Shown here piece by piece: positions 1-13,345 of a stretch of DNA of 64,000 nucleotides. The number at the start of each line of letters is the position of its first letter. Position 1 is the stretch's first letter. The stretch lies in the NCBI GenBank assembly GCA_964016885.1, contig OZ024746.1, positions 41,354,001 to 41,418,000 of the forward strand, in the 5' to 3' direction. Source of the DNA: Eledone cirrhosa (taxonomy: Eukaryota). The translations under genes were made by a program, and so were the position numbers. The notes below the pieces were generated by a model. It did no database searches, was not told where the DNA came from, and worked only from the letters and a program-made list of their open reading frames with translations.

Positions 1-207
1 TTACACCAAACATCTCGAATGCCATAGATTAAAAAGTATAAATCATCAGCAAATTATGGTATGTTCAGATCTCGTTCTGTTTAGCTAAGGGCACAGTAAC
101 TGTCACCTCTGCATAACACCTTCAGATGTATAATATAGTGAAAGAATGTTACATTTATCTTAAAGTGATCAGCAAAATGACCTACATTCAGTCAATATGA
201 TAATTAT

Positions 208-414
208 GCTTTTCATCCTTAAGGGGTCGATAAAATAAAGTACCAGTAATGCACTGGGTAATTGCTGGACTTGTGCCAAAAAGTAGAAACAAATATGATA
301 ATCCATAATTTTTTTGGCACAAGGCCAGCAATTAACCAGTACATTACTGGTACTTTATTTTATCGACCCCATAAGGATGAAAGGCAAAGTTAACCTCAAC
401 AGGATTTGAACTCA
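208..414. mobile_element. Two partial tRNA-derived SINE copies in tail-to-tail inverted orientation
   Basis: 208-292 (+) and 310-414 (-) both match the window's commonest SINE (cctttcatccttacggggtcgataaaataaagtaccagtaatgcactgggtaattgctggccttgtgccaaaa). The second copy is flanked by the 13-bp direct repeat gataatccataat (297-309, 415-427), consistent with a TSD. Confidence 0.85.
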
Positions 415-1679
415 GATAATCCATAATCATTTCACACTAGAATCAAGGAGCCTACCATATTGACACCATATTCTCCAACAACTCTAAGAATGATAGAGAT
501 GTGGAGTTACTGATGTTTGCCATACACAGAGTCTCAACCCAATCCCCAGAAAATTTAACATTCACAGAAAGTAAATGAGATTTTGAATATTAATTAGATT
601 TATTTACAAAAAACAAAACAAAACAAAAAAAGAGTCAAAAATATATTTGAAGTTGTCCCAAATTCTCTGAATTATCTTACTCTAGAACTAATAAAGGAAG
701 GTCTCTTCTCAGTAGTAGAACTTCAACCACTTTTGTCAAGACACAGGCTCAATTTTATGAGATAGGAAAGTAAAATATATTTTGTATTGTTATATTTGGG
801 GAGGGTCATGTTGACCTAATATTGCCAGAAAAATATAGTAAAACACACTCAGTGTTTGGTTTGGTTTTTGCTTCAGTATATTTTTATATTTCTATAAATA
901 ATTGAGCTGGCAATCAATGTTTATCATTGAATGACCAACAGTTAAAAATATAAATATAAATATAACTTTCAAAGTTCTCTTGTCACACATCAAACTGTGA
1001 CATCAAACATAATATATTTTCTCTTTTTTTTTATTTAATCTGTAACTGAAAGACTATTCAGGTAACTTTCTCGTCAGCCTGATACCAGTAGACCAATAAA
1101 CCAGAGGGATTTTCTCTTTTCAAACCTTGCAACAATCTTAATGGATTTCTGTTGTATTATACTTCACTCAGACAATCCACACAGGAAAATGGAACAAGTA
1201 GCTTTACTTCATGGCAGCTGCTGTTTGTCATGATAAGGTCAATATTGAGGTAGTTAAGAGATATTAAATGATTTCACTTGTCAAATATTCTCACTTTCAT
1301 ATATAATTATCACTCCTGATGGCAGAATCTTAAATGCTGATGCTTGATACATAGTGTTAGCCACATACGTCAGACTGGTGAATATTCATCTGGTATTTGT
1401 TATTGAATTTAGTATGTATGATTAACACTTTGCATAAAGCATCCATGTCATCTCTTGAGTAGATAAATACATGCATGTTGACTAACCAAATAAAGAAATA
1501 TAAATTATTATTTCAAGTAAAAATGGAAATAAGTTAGAAAATAAAACACCATTTAAAAAAAAAAAAAAAATTCTCTCCCTATTTGTCACACACATGATAT
1601 ATATCTATAAATATGTATACCATCATTGTGGGCTTTACTGATCTAAGAAATCATACTAGAAACTTTAATTGTTTTTGTT

Positions 1680-2322
1680 TTGCCTTCTTCTAACATGGAC
1701 TCTCAGATGACTGTGGAGAACCAGATTTGATCCAGTATTCTTGTCATAACAACTTGGTCTTACATAGGCCAGGATGCTATGGCCATAATCCTTTTTAAGA
1801 TTTCCCTGAAAATTGAACAAGCATCAAGTAATGTTTCTTGTATCATAATAAGGATTTTGTAACTCTGACTCGTGTGATTTCAGATGGTTGACAAATCCAG
1901 CACTTGATTGAAGAAATCAGTCATATATATTGCACCTCAATTCCTGCTGGATTGCTGCAAGACCTTAGATAAGACTTTTCCTACCAATTCAAGCAGACTT
2001 TACCACGATACCACTTGGAACCCTTGCTCTTGTAAATGAAGAGCAAAATTGCATCTACTCAGTCTTGCGAGACAGGCTCACCATGTCATACAGATAAGAC
2101 TAGCTCATGAATGGCCATAGCAACATTGTCACCCACAAAGCAGATCAGCTCAATAGGCACTCTATCCAAATCTGGAGCTTTCCCTATGTTTATCTCTTTG
2201 ATAGTAGACCTTATCTCATCAATGGTTGGATCATTCATCATCTGTTACAATCTCCCTTTGCAGCAGTCCATTAATAATTTCCTCATCAACTACAGATGGG
2301 TTATCAAACAGATCTTTAAAGT

Positions 2323-2325
<3 letters not shown>
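1680..2325 (-). pseudogene. Degenerate RTE/BovB-like LINE reverse-transcriptase fossil
   Basis: Minus-strand reading EHFKDLFDNPSVVDEEII...DPTIDEIRSTIKEINIGKAPDLDRVPIELI...VSQD*VDAILLFIYKSKG...LVGKVLSKVL matches the pre-RT and RT domain 0-1 region of RTE LINEs, with stops and frameshifts. Confidence 0.75.
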
Positions 2326-2367
<42 letters not shown>

Positions 2368-2384
2368 TTCTCTCTCTCTCTCTT

Positions 2385-2416
<32 letters not shown>

Positions 2417-2426
2417 CCTCTCTCTC
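2324..2426. repeat. (CT)n microsatellite
   Basis: Direct reading of a ctctct tract with ttt interruptions. Confidence 0.95.
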
Positions 2427-2997
2427 ACACACACATATATATGTATATACAGATATGTATATATAATTAAGAGTGGTTTTCTGAAGTAAGAATAGAAAGG
2501 AACTGCAGTTGAATAAAGTACCAAATATATTACTAAAGAAGATATATGCTCTGATGATTTTGAACAAATTAAATAGTTCTAGTTCTGTATAAGTCATTTC
2601 TATATGAAATAAATATATCATCACAATCATCATCATTATCATATAATGTCCATTTTCCCAACTAGCATGGGTTGGATGGGTCTTCCCAGACCGAGTCAGT
2701 ACTCAAACAGTGCTACTGATCTCTCTGGTGAGCTGTGGGCCTGCATTTCACTTACATACCATCCCGTACTCTACCAAGTTCATTTTGTCATAACACCAGG
2801 ACTAGGGAGGCTATTATGTCTTTGACACAACTGAAGGGTCTACTTGATGGTTTGTCTGGTAGGTTTTCTATGGCTGGATGCCCTTTCTATCACCAACCTC
2901 ATTATTATTTATAATGTTATTATTTATTTTTTTCCCTTATAAAGTTAGAAGAATATTTGTTGTTGGTGAGATGAAATAACTATGCAGGAAAACATAT

Positions 2998-3350
2998 AAT
3001 TGTTTCTACTTTTAGCACAAGGCCAGCAATTATCCCAGTGCATTACTAGTGTTTTATTTTATCGACCTTGTAAGGATGAAAAGCAAAGTTAACCTCAACG
3101 GGATTTGAACTCAGACTGTAACGAGCTGTAACTCATGGTGTGTGACACTCTACCAATACTGCCAATCCATAATACATATAATTGTTTCTACTTTGGCACA
3201 AGGCCAACAATTACCCCAGTGTATTACTGGTGCTTTATTTTATCGACCCCGTAAGGATGAAAGGAAAAGTTAACCTCGGCGGGATTTGAACTCAGATCAT
3301 AAAGGGCCATAACTCTATGATGCAAAGCATGGCGTCAGACCCTCTATGGA
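2998..3350 (-). mobile_element. Two tandem tRNA-derived SINE copies
   Basis: Each reads attgtttctact...ggcacaaggcc...ggatttgaactcag on the + strand, the reverse complement of a B-box-containing SINE. Confidence 0.85.
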
Positions 3351-4039
3351 TATTTAGATAAATTTTTATCAATATATATGTATTTGCCATGTGATGATTT
3401 GTAGTTTATTAGAAATGGTTGCATACTCTACTAAATGTCTTTCGTTACTTGGATTTTTCCATCTATATTCTGAGTTTGAATAATTTTATCTCTTTTATTT
3501 CTTTGAAATATATGAAATAAGTCACAGTAATATTCTAGAAACATGTCAGTTGATTATACTCCCTTTATATATGCATATAATCCTATAAACACCTTAATTC
3601 TCTTGCAATTCTTATAGTGCCCTCTCATCAGAGCAAAGGAAATTAATATATACATATTCATGAATTTATGATTACTTATATGTTGCCATAAATACAACTT
3701 AAATGTAATAAGCTCACGCATATACATACAGTTATAAGTTATATGCATACATATAAATATAGATAAATATAATGTCATAGAAAACCTTCAGATTATATAT
3801 ATTGTTTGATGACAAACTATCACACATACTCATAATCAATGGTTTACTGGACTCTGTAAAAGAATTGACTTCCATTATATTATTACTATTTAATCTATTG
3901 GCCCTTAGGAAAAGGGTCTCTGGGAGTAATTTTATCAGGGGTTATAATGGACTAAATGATAGTGTAACATCTAAGCTGGGAAGGCAACAACAACAATCGA
4001 GATGAGTAGACAGTGTACAAGATGGAGAGACACAACCTC

Positions 4040-4225
4040 CTATACTTAACAGCATAACACTTGATTAAATTGATTGATACATGACAGGCTTCTACACAGT
4101 TTCCATCTACCAAATTCCACTCAAATGGTCTTTGTCCTCTTGAGACTTGCCTACAGTGCCATAGAGTGAAATCAAACCTAGAACCATTTAGCTGCAAAAT
4201 AAACTTTTTTAACACTGAAGCTATA
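4040..4225 (-). mobile_element. Old CORE-like tRNA SINE fragment (relatives at ~45985-46130 + and ~46585-46745 -)
   Basis: aggcttc..cacagtttc..tctaccaaattccactca...gacttgcc...gtgcca...gtgaaatcaaacc is shared between the three loci. Confidence 0.55.
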
Positions 4226-4687
4226 CTTGAGTACAATAGACAGAGTAAGAGGTGAATGCTAAGTTGACTTGCATAATAAAAGAAGGATGAGAAGGTCATT
4301 GCTCTTGTTCGACCATACTCTCACTACATTAAACATATAAACCTCAATTCTTTCACAATGTGTAGACCTATCTTTACATTCCGGTCTGCTAAATTGAATG
4401 CTCTCACACAGATGCGAAAAACAGATAAAACATTACAAGAAAATTATGTCTTAGTATGTGTGTTATTCTGTGTGTGTGTGTTTGTGCGCGCAGGCAGGCA
4501 TTTGTGTGTGGTTCTTTATATTATATATATGTTATAGGATGAAGAAATAAATCCAGAGAAAAGAATAAAAAAGATATTAATATAGAATTGTACCTGGTTT
4601 GACTCCTGCTGGGTTATAATTGTCTTCTTCTGTGGGTTCTTTTCCTATTTATTTATCTATAATAAGCCTCAGTTTACTCTCTTTCTT

Positions 4688-4847
4688 TTACACACACACA
4701 CACACACATATGTATATGTATGTGCATATGTGTGTGTATATATATATATATATATTTATATATACATATATTTATATATATATACATACACATATACATA
4801 CATATATATGTATACATACATATATATGTATACATACATATATATGT

Positions 4848-4900
<53 letters not shown>

Positions 4901-4996
4901 CATATATATATACAATATACATACATGCATAATATATATACATACATATATGTATATATATACATATATGTATGTATATATACATATATATATATA
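4688..4996. repeat. (CA)/(TA)/(TACA) compound microsatellite
   Basis: Direct reading. Confidence 0.95.
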
Positions 4997-5253
4997 AAGT
5001 GTAGTTAATACGAAGCATTGTGAGATATGTAATAAAAGGCCAATAATTTTCAAAAAGCCAGTACAATGCAGTAGAAAAATATAAAGGGCAAATGATGACA
5101 AATAAAACAAAACAAAGTAATGTTTTACCCAGTATATTTTGACAGGATATTTCAGGGCTAATACCCACTTTTCAAATGAGGAGCTGAAACAGTCACTATG
5201 TTCTTTCTTAACTGGCTTGGCTTACATGTCTGTAATACACATGTGTGAAGTTG

Positions 5254-5560
5254 TTATAGTAACCTGCCTGTCTCGTGCAATTCCAATCTATTGATAATAA
5301 TGGCCTCTTTTATTCTTAAGTTGCCTGTATTCCTTTCTATTGTCTTTATGGTGACCTCAGTGTTTTGGTTGCGGCATCTACTCATGTGTCTACTTGACTT
5401 TACATTAAGGGTCACAGAGGATAGATCCATATACACCAACCTTTACAAGAAGGATGCCTGCAGGGACACTTTTGTGCACCATGACTCTACCCTTCTCTAC
5501 TAAGCCAAAATGGCTTATATACAGAATGAAATCTCCTGGATGCACAACAGATGCAGCAAG
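5254..5560. mobile_element. Penelope-like retroelement fossil with inverted junction (GIY-YIG C-terminus on -, RT thumb on +)
   Basis: Minus 5254-5400 reads SRHMSRCRNQNTEVTIKTIERNTGNLRIKEAIIINRL, with the R-x-KEA-x-x-I motif of PLE GIY-YIG. Plus ~5390-5530 reads LDFTLRVTEDRSIYTNLYKKDACRDTFVHHDS...KMAYI, like the FLD...T.LY.K...H.DS PLE RT thumb. Confidence 0.65.
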
Positions 5561-6341
5561 GGTAGCAAAAGACATACCAACTTCTAAGTTACTGGACAAA
5601 ACAAACAATAAGCATAAACACAAGGTTGCTTTCCAGCCAACCAGCAAAGTTCTCCTATCTTCTCTGTTAAAGTTACTTCCCATCCTGTAGATCCCTGTCA
5701 ATTACTTTGGCATATAGCAGCCACAAAAATAACCTATTTTACAATGTGTCCTGAACTAACTAATAAGAATGAGCCTTATTTATCATCCAAGGAAAATCAC
5801 GTTTATTTGGAAGCCATGGTCATCACTCTGCTAAATGTCATCATATTTAAGAGATGCGGCATACATATTGCATCTGTGAAACTTTTAGTAATACAAATCT
5901 GAATTAGGCTGTTAATACACTTATACACACCACATACACATGATTAAAGTCAACTCAGTAAGGAGTATTACTATTGCTGTGAAGTGAAGATGACTGCTTT
6001 GTACAGCTGGTGATTTTCAGTTTTCACTACAACTATTACACAAATATCTTTTCTAAGTTAAAGGTAATACAGAATCCTAATAATTAACCTTATGTACAAA
6101 CAGACATACTTCTTTAGACAACAACTAGAAAGGAAACATTTGTTATATGACTGGCAGACATATTTCTTTCAAATGGTGTTTATCTATTATTAGGCATTTT
6201 TTGGCTCCTGTAACCTTGTGTGGCCAACAAAACCAGTTTTAGAAAGACAAATTCAGTCACAAGTTGAGTATTTGAACAGATTATTAATATGAAGGGGTTT
6301 CCCTTTCCTTACCTCTCATTTTTCATTTCAATTTTGTGTCT

Positions 6342-6568
6342 TTAACCCTAGCATTTAAACCAGCCATATCCGGCCAGAATTCTCTCGCTCCTTTCTCTTG
6401 AAACCAGTCGTAACCAGCCGCTCATATCGAATTTAAGGTATTGTTCTCAAAATAAATAATATCAAAATCTTATAGATTCCATAATATGTGAGCTAATTAT
6501 GCGAGATAAAACCTTTTCTATGAAAATACAATAGTAAATATAGAGTAATATAAATGCTAAAGAGTTAA
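6342..6568. mobile_element. TTAA-flanked ~220-bp MITE, family A (piggyBac-like non-autonomous)
   Basis: Ends read ttaacc(ct)tagcattt...aaatgctaaagagttaa. Related copies at 11187-11401, 25422-25527 (partial), 27582-27802, 31216-31429 (reverse, truncated) and 62981-63196. Confidence 0.75.
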
Positions 6569-7845
6569 TGCAATTCTTTTCAAAATGCTTCGATACATTA
6601 AATACGTTTTTCTCTTCTTCTCCATGATTCACTGATTCTTTTCCCAGAACATAGTTCTCCTTTATGTAGATATTCAAGAAATCTTTCATCTTACTAATGA
6701 GTTATATACCTGCCCTCACCCCAGTCTGCTACATTGCAAGGTAGCTTCTATACTTACAACATTTGCTAACTACAAAACCTCAAAATCATCCACATTGTCT
6801 CTTCAAGATATAGTCAAAATTTAATGAAACTTTTTCTCCCAGAGTTTAATGTGTTTTGAATATAATATTCATGTTTCTGAGCCATAGAACAATATTGTGG
6901 AGATTACTGTAGTTACTTGAATATAAGCCACCCATCCCTGTTTTATGTCTGAGAAAAGGGTAAAAATTCAAACTCCATTTATAAGCTAATAAACACATTG
7001 TTTAGATGGCATTTGTAAGCTGACTCCACCATTTAACCATCCATTTTTTGGTCACATATTCCTCGGATTATATTCGAGTATATACAGTAAATATTTGTAT
7101 TAAAAATTTGACTCAGATTTACATTCCTAAAAGAAGCAAAAAAAATAAATCCACTTGATTTTTTGGATGCTTCAGTTGTGAAGGATGAGATGGTTACAAT
7201 TTCCGAGTAAAACTGATTCTCCTTATATGACGAGTAAGGCCATTTTGATTGAAATACTGAAATCAGTAATTTGGTGATTGCTGGTGAGTGGGTGGCAACA
7301 TCATTATCATCATCATTATCATCACCACTTAACATTTATTTTCCCTGTTTGCACATTATGAAGCCAGATATGTCAAGTAACCACATCTTACTCATATGGT
7401 CCACTTTTGGCCTGGTTTTCTATTGCTGGGCCCCCTTCCTAACACCAACCACCTTACAGGGTAGATTGGGTGTTTTTGTCATGGCACCACTATAATTACC
7501 TTACAGAGTAGACTGGGTGGTTTTTTTGTGGCCCCAGCAATAGATATAAATTCCACTGAAAATCAAAATTTTTATTCAAAATTTATAGGAAGATATTAAT
7601 AGACAAAGGTTTAAAATCCATTGATGGCAAAGGTGTGAAAGTTTAGTTTTCTTATTAAGGAATATATAATCTCTGACCCATGCAAGCATGGGAAAAGGGA
7701 TGTAAAACAATGATGTGTAGTCTTATTTTTGTTTGCATACAGAGTGATAGGAGTGAGAACTCTCAGTTTTCCACTATATTATAAGTCTTTATTTCATCCT
7801 CCTTCAAGTAGTACTTCTCTGAACCTACAACAAATTGATGTCTCT

Positions 7846-8097
7846 TTAATCCTTTTGTTAAAATATTTCTAATTAAATACACTGCCTGTTTTAATTAATT
7901 TTGATAATAATAGAACATTTTGAGGACTTTAAATAGTATCACTAACATTTTCATTATTAAGCTGATGATCATAACTTAAAAATTTCTTACATAAAATTAT
8001 GATTGAAAATTCAATTAAAAATATGAACACTTTTAAATGGATAACTCTGTATCACATAACCAGGAGGGTTTAGGTGGGTTGGTATTAGAAAGGTTAA
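7846..8097. mobile_element. TTAA-flanked MITE, family B
   Basis: Ends read ttaatcctttt...gggttggtattagaaaggttaa. Related copy at ~50972-51242 and a half copy at ~51965-52056 (-). Confidence 0.6.
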
Positions 8098-8439
8098 GCA
8101 TCCATATCTTCCTTCCCTAGATTGCCTTGTGCCTCTCTAGGTACATCTAGCTCTACTCTAAAGTCACAAATCACTAGTCAATGTTGGATGGTACATTCTT
8201 CACCAGGGAAAGATATAGCACACAGTCATCTGTCTATCCTGTTTCCTAATGAGTTTGTTGTCTATCTGGTTAGCATGTTTACCTGATTGCTAAATGATCC
8301 AGAAAATTGGCTGGTTTCCTGAAGCTAGTATTTTTTATTATATTTTGCATATTATTTTGATGTTTATAGGCATTTTTATGGACCACGTCCAATATTTGTG
8401 GTATTCCACACTTTGTGGATGCTCTAGGAACATAATCCT

Positions 8440-9103
8440 TGTGAATACCAGGGGGCAACTGTATATAATAAAGTGCTAGTGAGTAGGAGAGAATATAGGA
8501 CCTTGATTCCTTCAAGGAAATGGCCCTGCACAATATGTAGAAAGGGAGTTGGGTGCTCTAAGAGCATAGTACCTAGAATACGGATAGGATGGAAAAAATT
8601 CAAAGAGCTACTCTCACTATTGACCAAAAAGGTTTCTCCTTACGTACAAAAAGACGCCTGTATAATGCCTGTGTGCGAAATGTAATGCCGCATGGTTGTG
8701 AAACATGGGCTGTGACTGTAGAGGACATGTGTAGACTGGAGAGAAATGGATCAACTATGCTCCATATGTGTGAGAGAAAGGCAGAGTTTGGATGAGTTGA
8801 AGAAGCTGGTTTTAAGAGGAATCTGAGATGATGTACAGGAGAGAAGACTGCGTTGGTATGGACATGTGATGTGCATGGACAATGATCATTGGGTGAAGAA
8901 GTGCCAGGAAATGGCAGTGGAAGGAAGCCGTGGTAGAGGTAGACCAAGAAAGACTTGGGCAGAGGTTGTGAGAGCTGACCTAAAATCTTTGAGACCCACA
9001 GAGGAGATGACAAAGGATTGCAACAAGTGGAGGGATGTCATGATGAAAAGGACCAGTCCAACCAAGGCAAGCGGGAAAAAATGGACGTAAAAAGGATGAT
9101 GAT
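8440..9103 (+). mobile_element. Older RTE LINE 3' fragment
   Basis: KWPCTICRKGVG/GWKKFKELL/RLYNACVRNVMPHGCETWAV/RLRWYGHVM/GRGRPRKTWAEVV motifs with frameshifts. Ends in ggacgtaaaaaggatgatgat. Confidence 0.85.
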
Positions 9104-10305
9104 TATAATTATTTCTACTTTAGGCACAAGGCCAACAATTACCCAGTGCATTACTGGTACTTTATTATGTGTGAGTTAGTGCTTGTGTTCAATTATGAAC
9201 AATATATTAGTAAAATTGGTAATATGGAATTTTGTTCCCAGAGTTGGCTACGTTGTCGCATGCATCTGTGACATACAACAATAGTTTCTGAAGCAAAATC
9301 TAGAACAATGGAAACTAAAAATGGTAACGACGAATTGAGTGCAAAAAGTCCCCCCCCAAAACAAACAAAAAAACATCAAAAACAGAAAAGAAATAAAAAC
9401 AAACGATTGTTGACTGTAATTATTGCAGCAATCCACTATCAGGAAACACAGCAGGTTGTGCTGGATGTAAGGGAGGTAACTAGTGATGGACGCAAAACAA
9501 ATGCGTACGTGAATCTGCTGCAGTCAGTATGTGACGTCATCTATGCTTGCTTTCCACTACGAATTCACCTTGGAACAAACACGCAACAAATGGTTTATAC
9601 GCAGAGAGAATTATGGGAGCAATAGAAAAAATCTAGGGAAAAATAATAATGAATAAAAGCAAAAGCAAAAACAAAACAGAAAATGATAATAAATATAATA
9701 TATATAAAAAAAGGAATACGCAAATATAATCTTTATGTTTAAATAGAAAAGGAAAGAGAAGCCGCGATGATAATAATAATGTTTTATTACATAGTCTGGA
9801 ATATAATTTTTTTTCGAAAAAGAAAATGAATTGTGGCGTTTATGCCTTTCCTAAAGGGGCTTAGTGACATAAGAGAAAGGAAATAGCTATAATTAGAAAC
9901 AATTCTTTCTCGCAATCATCATGAAAACAACTGACATTTTTAGGATTAGAAAAGTCGGAGGCTGTGATGTTCATGCCTTTCTCAACTATATTATTGATGT
10001 AATAGGAAACAAATTGCTTCACAAGAGATGTAAACTGGGTTGAAGAGTTATTTCAGCAAACATTACCACCACATTACTTTTCATAATGATTTTTTAATTT
10101 GACAGTGTAGGAAGTAGGTATATATAGTCAATTGAATTGATAGATAGTATATCTATGGTGTTTATTTGGTAGAAGCCAATAGTTTGAAAGGTAGGGTCAA
10201 TTTATGTGTTGGCTCAACTAAGGATACAATTCTGTAAGGAACTAATTTTGCTGTTTTACTATTTATGATAAACTCTGTTACCTATTTATTAATAATAATA
10301 ATAAT

Positions 10306-10491
10306 AATTGTTTCTACTTTTGGCACAAGGCCAGCAATTACCCAGTGCATTACTGGTACTTTATTTTATCGACCCCGTAAGGATGAAAGGCAAAGTAAAC
10401 CTTGGCGGGATTTGAACTCAGATCGTAAAGGGACGTAACTCTATGCGTCAAAGCATGGCGTCCGACCCTCTACCAATACTGCCAATCCACC
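10306..10491 (-). mobile_element. Full-length tRNA-derived SINE (dominant family)
   Basis: Minus strand: ggtggattggcagtattggtagag (A-box-like), gagttcaaatccc (B box), central gcctttcatccttacggggtcgataaaataaagtaccag domain and (ATT)n tail. Confidence 0.9.
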
Positions 10492-10794
10492 ATGATTTTT
10501 GATTTAGGCACAAGGCTAACAATTTTATAGGAGGAGAAAGTCGATTAAATCGACCCAGTGCATTACTGGTACTTCATTTTATCGGCCCTGTAAGGTTAGA
10601 TTTTGATGTCAGAAAAAGAGAGGACTAAAAACTAGAAACCATAATGTAGTTTAATTATGAATCTTGTATTAACTGATGCTTATTTAATTGAATTGACCCT
10701 TGAAAGATAAAGGCAATAGTGAACCATAGTGGGGTTGTTTTTAATTGCTGAGCCAGAAGAAGAAAAGCAATGTCCATTACTCATTTCAAAGCCT

Positions 10795-10879
10795 CTGTTG
10801 TTGTTGGGTGAAGGGAGGAGGAAGTTATCCTCATACTGTTGTTGTTGGGTGAAGGGAGGAGGAAGTTTTCCTCATACTG
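10795..10879. repeat. 41-bp tandem duplication
   Basis: ctgttgttgttgggtgaagggaggaggaagtt(a/t)tcctcata occurs twice. Confidence 0.9.
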
Positions 10880-11186
10880 GAGACCTGGCCTGAATGTTTG
10901 TAATACAGGGGCTTCTGCTAAAGACAGTCAAGTGTCAACTACTGCTGTTAACACTTTCATTAACAAATTTCTAATGAACAACAGCCAATGTAGGAATTCA
11001 GTAGTCTGACTTTCTCTTTATTAAGCTTATGCTTGGAATATTACTTGACAAAATGTTCTTTAAAACATTATGATGAGAGGTTTTACTATAAGTATTATCC
11101 ATTTATAATGATCAGTTTTTTTTTAATCATAAAACCAGAGTGGTTCCAGTCTGGTTGCTATCAAAAGTGTTGAACTAGACGACTGA

Positions 11187-11401
11187 TAAACTCTTTAGCA
11201 TTTAAACTGGCCATATCCAGTCAGAATTCCCTCACCTTTTTCTGTTCAAACTGGCTGTGACTAGCCACTCATACTGATGTTAAGATATTTTCTCAAAATA
11301 AATAATATCAAAATCTCATCGATTCGATATTATGTGAGGTAGAGCTTTTACTGTGAAAATATAATAGTAATTATAGAGTAATATCAATGTTAAAGGGTTA
11401 A
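11187..11401. mobile_element. MITE family A copy
   Basis: Matches 6342-6568 and ends in aaagggttaa. Confidence 0.75.
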
Positions 11402-11760
11402 GTCTACTATTTATTTGAATTTAGGATATTAGGAATACAACTAAATATTGTAATTCATCTACTACCTTACTGGTAATACAATAATAATTGTATTAACAAT
11501 CATAAGGATTTTTAATATTGGGAAAGTTAATCTCAACAGGATTTGGATTTATATTCTGAAGGGATATATAGCAACACATATTATTCCTGCCTTTCTATCA
11601 CTGTAATATTGATATCTAACATAGACCTTAGACCACAAATTTAGTGGGAAGGGAACAGTTAATAATAGTAATCCTGATACATGACTGATACTTTACTTTA
11701 TCAATGCTGGAAGTAAAATTTGACCATAGAAATATCTTTACCATCACCTTAATATTTATA

Positions 11761-12080
11761 TAGGCAGCAAATTGGCAGAGTAGTTAGAATGTCTGATAGG
11801 ATGCTTTGCAGTATTGGTTTTGGCTCTCTACTTGCTGAGTTCAAATCTCGCCAATGTTAACATTACTCTTCCTCCATTTGAGGTTGATAAAAAAAAAAGT
11901 ACCAGTCTAGTAGTGAGATAAATTTTTCCTACATATCTCATCCCCACTTTCATTCTCTTACACTCTACACTCTATTGTTCTCTGGAAGATGGGATCCGCC
12001 AAGTTTAAAAATGCCATAGAAATGCCATATGTCAGTACTGCACCCCTATGATTCCCTCAAGAGTTACAGGACCTTAAATG
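11761..12080 (+). mobile_element. tRNA-SINE subfamily with long alternative tail (also 25868-26200 +, 55025-55361 -)
   Basis: Same A/B-box head and central domain as the dominant SINE, but continues with a pyrimidine tract, tctctggaaga...aaaaatgccatagaaatg...cccctat/acaactccctcaa. Confidence 0.75.
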
Positions 12081-12363
12081 CATACAATATTTATATTAAT
12101 TGTGTATTTTTTTAAATATTAGCTCAATGCTGCAAATATTTTGTAGAGAAGGAGCATAGCCAATTCAATTAATCCTGCTATCTTGTCATTTGATTTGAAC
12201 TTATAGTTATTTTATTGACCCTAGTAGAAAGAAAAGCAAACTTGTCTCTTGTCTCAGAACATGCAGGGTCATAAAGTAACACTGCAAAGAATTTAGTCCA
12301 GTGCGCTATCATTTCTGTTATTTCACCACTTTATTATTATCATTAATAATAATAATAATAATA

Positions 12364-12851
12364 ATTTCTACTACAGACACAAGGCCAACAATTTCAGGGG
12401 AAGGGAAAGTCAATTAAATCGACCCTAGTGTATTACTGATGTTTTATTTTATCGACGCCGTAAGGATGAAAGGCAAAGCTAATCTTGGCAAGATTTGAAA
12501 TCAGGATGTAAAGGGTGATAACTATATTCCACAACGCATAGTGTCCTATATTCCCTACCGATATTGCCACTCCACCGCCCTAATAATAATAATATTAATA
12601 ATTGTTTCTACTTTTGGCACAAGGCCAGCAATTATCCCAGTGTATTACTGGTACTTTATTTTATCGGCCCTCTAATAATAATTATTATTTCTACTTTCGG
12701 CACAAGGCCAGCAATTACCCAGTGCATTACTGGTACTTTATTTTATCAACCCCGTAAGGATGAAAGGCAAAGTTAACGTTGGCGGGATTGGCAAGGGCCA
12801 TAACTCTATACATCAAAGCATGGCGTCTGACCCTTTACTGATACTGCCAAA
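12364..12851 (-). mobile_element. Cluster of three SINE copies in (AAT)n
   Basis: Repeated tttctact...cacaaggcc units separated by taataataat. Confidence 0.8.
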
Positions 12852-12867
12852 TAATAATAATAATAAA

Positions 12868-13345
12868 TCGGAAAGGGTTGCTGAAAAGGAACAGTATAAG
12901 ATCTTGTAGGACATGGCCATCCAGCGCGACCATTTTATCATGGCCAGAAAGCCTGGCATTGTTATCAGAGAAAAGAAGAATAACAAGGCATGTATTGCAG
13001 ATATTGCTTCACCGGGGGACCACAAGGTGAATACCAGGAGCTGAAGAGGGACATCAGGAAACTGTGGAGAATCAGACACGTAGAAGTGGTACCGATTGTG
13101 GTTGGCACACTAGGAGCAGTTAGTAGAGGGTTAGATGCATGGCTTGAGAAGCTAGGAATTACCATCAGGATAGGATTGTTGCAGAAAACAGCTTTGCTAG
13201 AAACAGCAGCAAGGATTATAAGGAGGGTGATGGAAAGTTGAAGGAGAAATGATGACCCGAATGACCTTTGACCATTGGCTTTGGTCTGCTCTTTGGTATA
13301 GTGTCGCTATAACATCTGCCAGAGCAAAAGTGTTACGAATGATAA
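12868..13345 (+). mobile_element. R4/Dong-clade non-LTR retrotransposon 3' fragment (restriction-like endonuclease)
   Basis: Reads ERVAEKEQYKIL*DMAIQRDHFIMARKPGIVIREKKNNKACIADIASPGD then EYQELKRDIRKLWRIRHVEVVPIVVGTLGAV...LQKTALL...RIIRRVM, with REL-type (R/K)PD, KY.L and PIVVG.LG motifs. Flanked by (TAA)n on both sides. Confidence 0.85.

Noticed and set aside
441-570. AG...GT-bounded 130-nt open frame (NQGAYHIDTIF...) as a host exon
   Set aside because: No recognisable protein or partner exon. Another frame reads TRIKEP, and the region may be a decayed Penelope endonuclease end.
9308-9625. 105-aa ORF METKNGNDELSAK...
   Set aside because: Low-complexity A-rich start and no recognisable homology. 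Treated only as a possible regulatory region.
10306-10491. tRNA gene
   Set aside because: A/B boxes belong to a multi-copy SINE head, and no full cloverleaf is evident.
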